Shown piece by piece: positions 48,225 to 52,919 of a stretch of DNA of 52,919 bases; the stretch's first letter is position 1; each line of letters opens with the position of its first letter. This DNA is from a virus (taxonomy: Duplodnaviria > Caudoviricetes). The notes under the pieces were generated by a model that ran no database searches, had not been told where the DNA came from, and was given only the letters and a program-made list of their open reading frames with translations. Both the position numbers and the translations under genes were made by a program. Location: the IMG/VR virus record IMGVR_UViG_3300022223_000005, positions 1 to 52,919 of that record, one strand, 5' to 3'.

Positions 48225-48363
48225 TTTATGTTAATTATGTTAAATTTTGACTACATTTAAACTCTATTTTTATTTTTGTTTGAAATATTTGGTGGCAACC
48301 TATTTTTTATTCAACAAAAATTATGTTCAAATTGAAAGAGGTGGATTTATGTTCACCTCTTTT

Positions 48364-48642
48364 TTATTTATGGTGTTTTAAGCATTCATCTTTACTATCA
48401 AATATCAACTCACTTCCTGAAAGATTCAAAGAAACACCCATGAGCATGGCTGTATTGTAAAACGCGTTTGATTCATTATTTAATAACATATGCCCGGCAC
48501 ATTGTAAAGAATGGTTCTTATGGCATACAAATGAATCTGAATTAACTATTTCTTTGATTCGTCTTTCTCCTAACCACCCTTTTAAAGAATCTTTTCTAAA
48601 TGGGCAATCTTTACACGGTTTTTTACAGTTTGGCAAATTCAT
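48364..48642 (-). CDS. Cys/His-rich phage protein
   Basis: KPCKDCPFRKD..FVCH..CAG. Confidence 0.65.
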   Translation of the reverse strand: MNLPNCKKPCKDCPFRKDSLKGWLGERRIKEIVNSDSFVCHKNHSLQCAGHMLLNNESNAFYNTAMLMGVSLNLSGSELIFDSKDECLKHHK

Positions 48643-48932
48643 TAAATCTTCTCTTTATAATTCTACAACCATTATTTTATTTTTTTGTTTAGAAGAAACA
48701 TATATGCCCCGGATATGACTACCCAAATAATAGTCAAAAAAACATTTTCCGTTGTATTTGCCATTATTAGGCTTCCGTAAAACCCTACAGATAGTGTTGT
48801 TTTATTTTCTTTCATCGTTGTTTAATAAATGTTTTATATATTTTCCTTTTCTTTTTAATAAAAAAGAGACTCACTAAGCTTGTGAGCCTCTTTGTAATTG
48901 CTCAATTTTAACGCAAATGAAAACGTTAAGCT

Positions 48933-49232
48933 TTACCTCTTTTTGTAAGACAAGTTAGATAATGTGTTACCATTTGGTGACAGAATGTAATAAACATAAT
49001 CCTTATTCAATACAATAATACTTCCACCTTCATCGGTTAACATACCGTAAGTTGATGATGATAAAGATGTAGAATCACTATCTAAATCGGCAACGTGATC
49101 TACATTGAAAGCTATCTTATAGGCTTCCCTGAACTCTTCATGATTGGTGTCTCTGTGAATGAATCGATAGCTTTTGCCTAAAAATCTGTTGCTCTCAACT
49201 CCTTTTTCGTTAAATTCTCTTAATGTGTACAT
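48933..49232 (-). CDS. hypothetical protein
   Basis: 99 aa; followed by a terminator-like hairpin at about 48861-48893. Confidence 0.6.
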   Translation of the reverse strand: MYTLREFNEKGVESNRFLGKSYRFIHRDTNHEEFREAYKIAFNVDHVADLDSDSTSLSSSTYGMLTDEGGSIIVLNKDYVYYILSPNGNTLSNLSYKKR

Positions 49233-49422
49233 AATGTTTGTGTGTATGTGTGTGTGCCTACTCTAGTTCATCTTTTCGGCTTTCGATGTTTGATTTATAT
49301 TTTATAGTACGTTATGTCTATGATTTTTGTTTGTTGCTTTCATTGGTGTATTGTTTATTAGTTGTGTGCAATATACAAATTAATAACACATAATCTACTA
49401 TAAATACAAGTTTAATTTGTAT

Positions 49423-51310
49423 TTACCACAAAGACTTTGCTAAGACAATATTTCTTATAGCTATTAGCGCATCTGGTTCTTTTCCATCTGGAACATCTAA
49501 AAAAGTTCCATCGTCTGCCTGCTTCCAGTTCCAAGAATTTAAAGCTTTGATGAGGTTTTCACTTGAATTGGTTACATGTATGTCATACGTCTTTGCTCTC
49601 TTTATTCCATCATCTACCATATTTTTGACGCCTCTTATTGAATATCCTTGACTTATAAGGTCCTTTAGTTCCAAAATTCCGTCATTGTTACCCACGATAA
49701 CTTGTTTTTTCTTGAATTTTATTTGCTTTAGCTTTTGAGCTAATGATATTTGAGTTGATCCCTTATGAGTTTCTGAAGAAAGAGTGTTATCAAATAGGAC
49801 CTCATCCAAATATAATTTGGACCCATCGACGAATGCATCCAAAAGACAGTAGTATTTAGGAGATTGCTTCAAGCTTATCCCGGAAACGATTCGTTTTGCT
49901 GTTTTTGGTATTTCTTGTACTGTATCGTAGTGGTAAATTGATGATTTTGATATTATAAATTCTTTTTCTATTGAGTAGCACGTCAAATCTATGTGTTCAT
50001 CGTGTTTTGCATTCGGGAACATTGCAATTTGATCCAAGAAACCTTCATTCCAAGGTCCTTCAACTAAACAGGCTCGACCACCTTCTATGTATGGCGATGC
50101 GCTTTTTGCTCTTTCAATTTTGCTCATACCAACAAAAGGTGTCTTTATTTCCGATACATTTAACATTGTAGAGTCTTTTAGAATCTGCTTTATAGATTTT
50201 CCAGACGCTTTAGGCTCAACATATATCATTTCTATATCTACACCCAAGGCTTTTATATAAGTTGGTATGAATTTTATAAGATCAGGCAACTCTAAGTACT
50301 TATCAATACTAGATAATATGTACATAATGCCTTTATACATACCTCTTACCTGTATTCCTGTAGGATCATTTGAATTATCTTTGGTATATGCTCCATCTAT
50401 CACCATATTCCACTTTATATTCGGGTTTAATACAGCTTTTTTTACTATTGGAAACCATGCTTTTTTCCATTCTCCACCTTCTTCCGGGCTAGGTATCTGC
50501 ATATACTGGCCCGAAAAGTTATATTTACTAGCGTTTCTTATAATTTGAAGATCATTGAAGCTATGTTTTTTAGGATATAAAGGCTCATTCTTATCGTTTA
50601 ATGCAGGTAGACATAAGTGCGTCCATTCTTCTCCACTGCCTCCATCCAAAAGGAATCCACTTAAATCTTCTTCGTGTAGCCTTTGCATTATAACTATAAT
50701 AGGGGTCTTTTCGTCATTTATACGACTCCTAATTGTTCCGTTATACCTATTGTTTACGGAGCTCCTTCTAACTTCACTAAGCGCATCATCTGGCTTTAAT
50801 GGATCATCAATAATTATGGCCCCACCAAACTCATCACTATCTGCTATACCTGCACCAAATCCAGTAATTGCACCACCTGAAGCAGTAGCATAAATTCCAC
50901 CACCAAATTCATTAAACCATTTCTTTTTACCCTGGGCATCTTTTTTAAGTTCCATTGGCCAAAGTGATTGATATGCATCGCTTTGAATGTATTCTTTTGT
51001 TTGACTTGAATTATCTAGGGCCAAATCATCTGAATATGATAAATGAATGAATTTAGAGCGTTTATATTTTGATAAACACCAACCTATAAATATTTTAATG
51101 GCTAATTCTGTTTTTCCGTATCTAAGGAGGCATGTTTATTATTAGTCTTGTTATTTCACCCCTTACAACCGCTTCAAGAGTAGATGCGATTTTTTCGAAA
51201 TGATGTGAAATATCGAATTTCCTGTTATGATTTTCTTTATATATGTAGCGCGCAAAGAATAATAATTCTTCTTCACACCTCAGCTTTATTATCTTTTGCT
51301 CGTTTGTCAT
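49423..51310 (-). CDS. terL: terminase large subunit, split by a +1 frameshift at about 51124
   Basis: Joined reading gives RLIINMPP-RYGKT (Walker A), then IIIDDP, IMQRLHEEDL, and nuclease residues in IDGAY..NDPT..HDEHID. Confidence 0.9.
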
Positions 51311-51807
51311 TAGTATTTTTTATCAAGTATTTTTTTGACTCGAATAGCTTCTTTTTCTGTTATTTCTGCTTCGATTTGGACCTCTTTTTGTTTGTTGTCC
51401 TTTTCGAAAAATCCGCTTTGCTTTGAAATTCTATCTTGTGCGGAATTATACCCAGAAGCTGAAATATATTTTATGGTCCTTTCTGCTGCTGTTATGCTTC
51501 TCGCGTCAGAATCCAAGTCTTTAAGAACTTCCAAAGATGCTTCATAAGTTCTAATAAGGTTTAAATCACGTTTTATAGATTCTTCAATGGTGTAAAGCTC
51601 TTTTTTCTGTACTTTATTTCTTAATTCAGACATTCTTATCCTGATATTATCCTTTTTAAGCATTACAGATGCTTTAACATATATTGTTGCGTCTTTCATA
51701 TTAGATACATTATAAGATGCTTTATATGCGTCTATATAGCTTTTCCCTTTCATCACTTCAATACAGAACTTTTCTTGTTTCGTTGTCAATTTAATTCCAT
51801 CATCCAT
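51310..51807 (-). CDS. terS: terminase small subunit
   Basis: KLTTKQEKFC..DAYKASY..ASVML; TAATG overlap with terL. Confidence 0.85.
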   Translation of the reverse strand: MDDGIKLTTKQEKFCIEVMKGKSYIDAYKASYNVSNMKDATIYVKASVMLKKDNIRIRMSELRNKVQKKELYTIEESIKRDLNLIRTYEASLEVLKDLDSDARSITAAERTIKYISASGYNSAQDRISKQSGFFEKDNKQKEVQIEAEITEKEAIRVKKILDKKY

Positions 51808-52017
51808 AGTTCATTGTTTTTGTTTTAATAGATTTTCAGTACTTGCATATATATTGGAGTTACATCCAATTAATTACTTCTCGTATTTGGTGTTTTGTCA
51901 AAGCTTTCATTATCTATTTTTTTGTTGTTAATTTTAATTATTCGTTTTACACCTGATGTGAACTACCCACATTTTGTTCTATATCTTCAAATTGGTTACA
52001 GCAATATTCAGTTTTTT

Positions 52018-52512
52018 TCATCTTGTTTGTTTAATTAGTGTGTATATTTCCAATCCAGATAATACCGTAATACCATTATACGAATTATAGCGCGGTGTTA
52101 TTACTTTCCCGTCCATCATTATGTATTTATGGCTTGAAGCGAGTATCTTAGCGACGTTGTGTATAGATTTTCTTACTGAAACTTCAAGCGACAAATTGTT
52201 GGTGAACCCAGAATGAGTAAGTATATAATTAAAATCGCACTCTACAGCGCGCTTCAATACCTGCTTTACGTCGTCTGTATAATCGCCTATAGTGTCGTTG
52301 GTCTTTTCACTCTTTTCGAATCCTGTACAATTTAAGTGCTTACTTATAGACTTAGCTAAATCAAGCGCCTCTTTCCTGTATCTGGAATCCAGAACGTCGT
52401 TGTCAGTGCCAACTGTATATGGCACACTTGCTAATTTGTATTTTTCTCCTCCCGCTGTACCTATTATGTTCCAAGCAGATTTTGTTTCACTGTGTTTAAT
52501 AGTTTTTTTCAT
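52018..52512 (-). CDS. hypothetical protein
   Basis: 164 aa ORF. Confidence 0.55.
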   Translation of the reverse strand: MKKTIKHSETKSAWNIIGTAGGEKYKLASVPYTVGTDNDVLDSRYRKEALDLAKSISKHLNCTGFEKSEKTNDTIGDYTDDVKQVLKRAVECDFNYILTHSGFTNNLSLEVSVRKSIHNVAKILASSHKYIMMDGKVITPRYNSYNGITVLSGLEIYTLIKQTR

Positions 52513-52656
52513 CTTGTTTCTTTTTTATTTTATTTATTTGACGAATTATAATGTATTTATGAATGAACATTATTACGCTATAAATTATATAAGCTACCCA
52601 AACAATAAAAATGAACATAGACCATTGAGCCTGAGTAATTCTAACCATTTGTAATT

Positions 52657-52860
52657 TTAGTATTCGTTTATATTGAAAACTGGATTATTTTCTCCTTTTG
52701 ATTTTAGGCCATTCACCCAAGCTTGGACCATTTGTTTTTCATTGAAATACTTACCTTTTGATCTTACTATTTCTTTTATTTTATAAAGAGCTTGTGCCAC
52801 TTCTTTTTCAGAAAATGTTGAGTAAAACTCTTGAGGCTGATTAACATGGTGCTTGTGCAT
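52657..52860 (-). CDS. hypothetical protein
   Basis: 67 aa ORF. Confidence 0.45.
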   Translation of the reverse strand: MHKHHVNQPQEFYSTFSEKEVAQALYKIKEIVRSKGKYFNEKQMVQAWVNGLKSKGENNPVFNINEY

Positions 52861-52919
52861 TATATATAGAGCTCTATTTATGGTTATTTCATCATCCTTT
52901 AAGCTTATTATGTATATGC

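Noticed and set aside
51122-51124. TAG stop-codon reassignment explaining the split terL
   Set aside because: Readthrough would not restore the frame, and TAG ends other genes normally (17922, 26374, 40032)

Overview
An AT-rich, roughly 53 kb tailed-phage (siphovirus-like) genome, probably near-complete. Repeated TAnnTTTG promoter motifs suggest a Bacteroidota (Flavobacteriaceae-like) host. It has replication/recombination genes (0.6-8 kb), three XRE HTH regulators, an early accessory region (9-15.7 kb: DUF2829/Tad2-like protein, dual-frame C5 methyltransferase, YopX), a lysis module (16-17.8 kb), tail/fibre genes (17.9-39.5 kb), capsid/protease/portal (40-44.5 kb) and terminase genes (49.4-51.8 kb). 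I recognised no integrase. The main signal is an IS200/IS605 locus (tnpA plus RuvC-intact tnpB, 24730-26423) whose left end is replaced by an inverted right end. Three further copies of the TnpB omega/reRNA scaffold lie elsewhere, each with a different 3' guide. Two of these (8081-8259, 46672-46850) are stand-alone cassettes with a shared promoter and no left end; their scaffold is invariant while the TnpA-binding hairpin is mutated. This suggests a phage-domesticated, multi-guide TnpB system with an inferred TTAT TAM. Other oddities are a fully overlapping two-frame methyltransferase, a +1 frameshift in the terminase Walker A motif, and 37-45 bp palindromic IS-end minielements. All product calls come from motif recognition by eye, not database searches.
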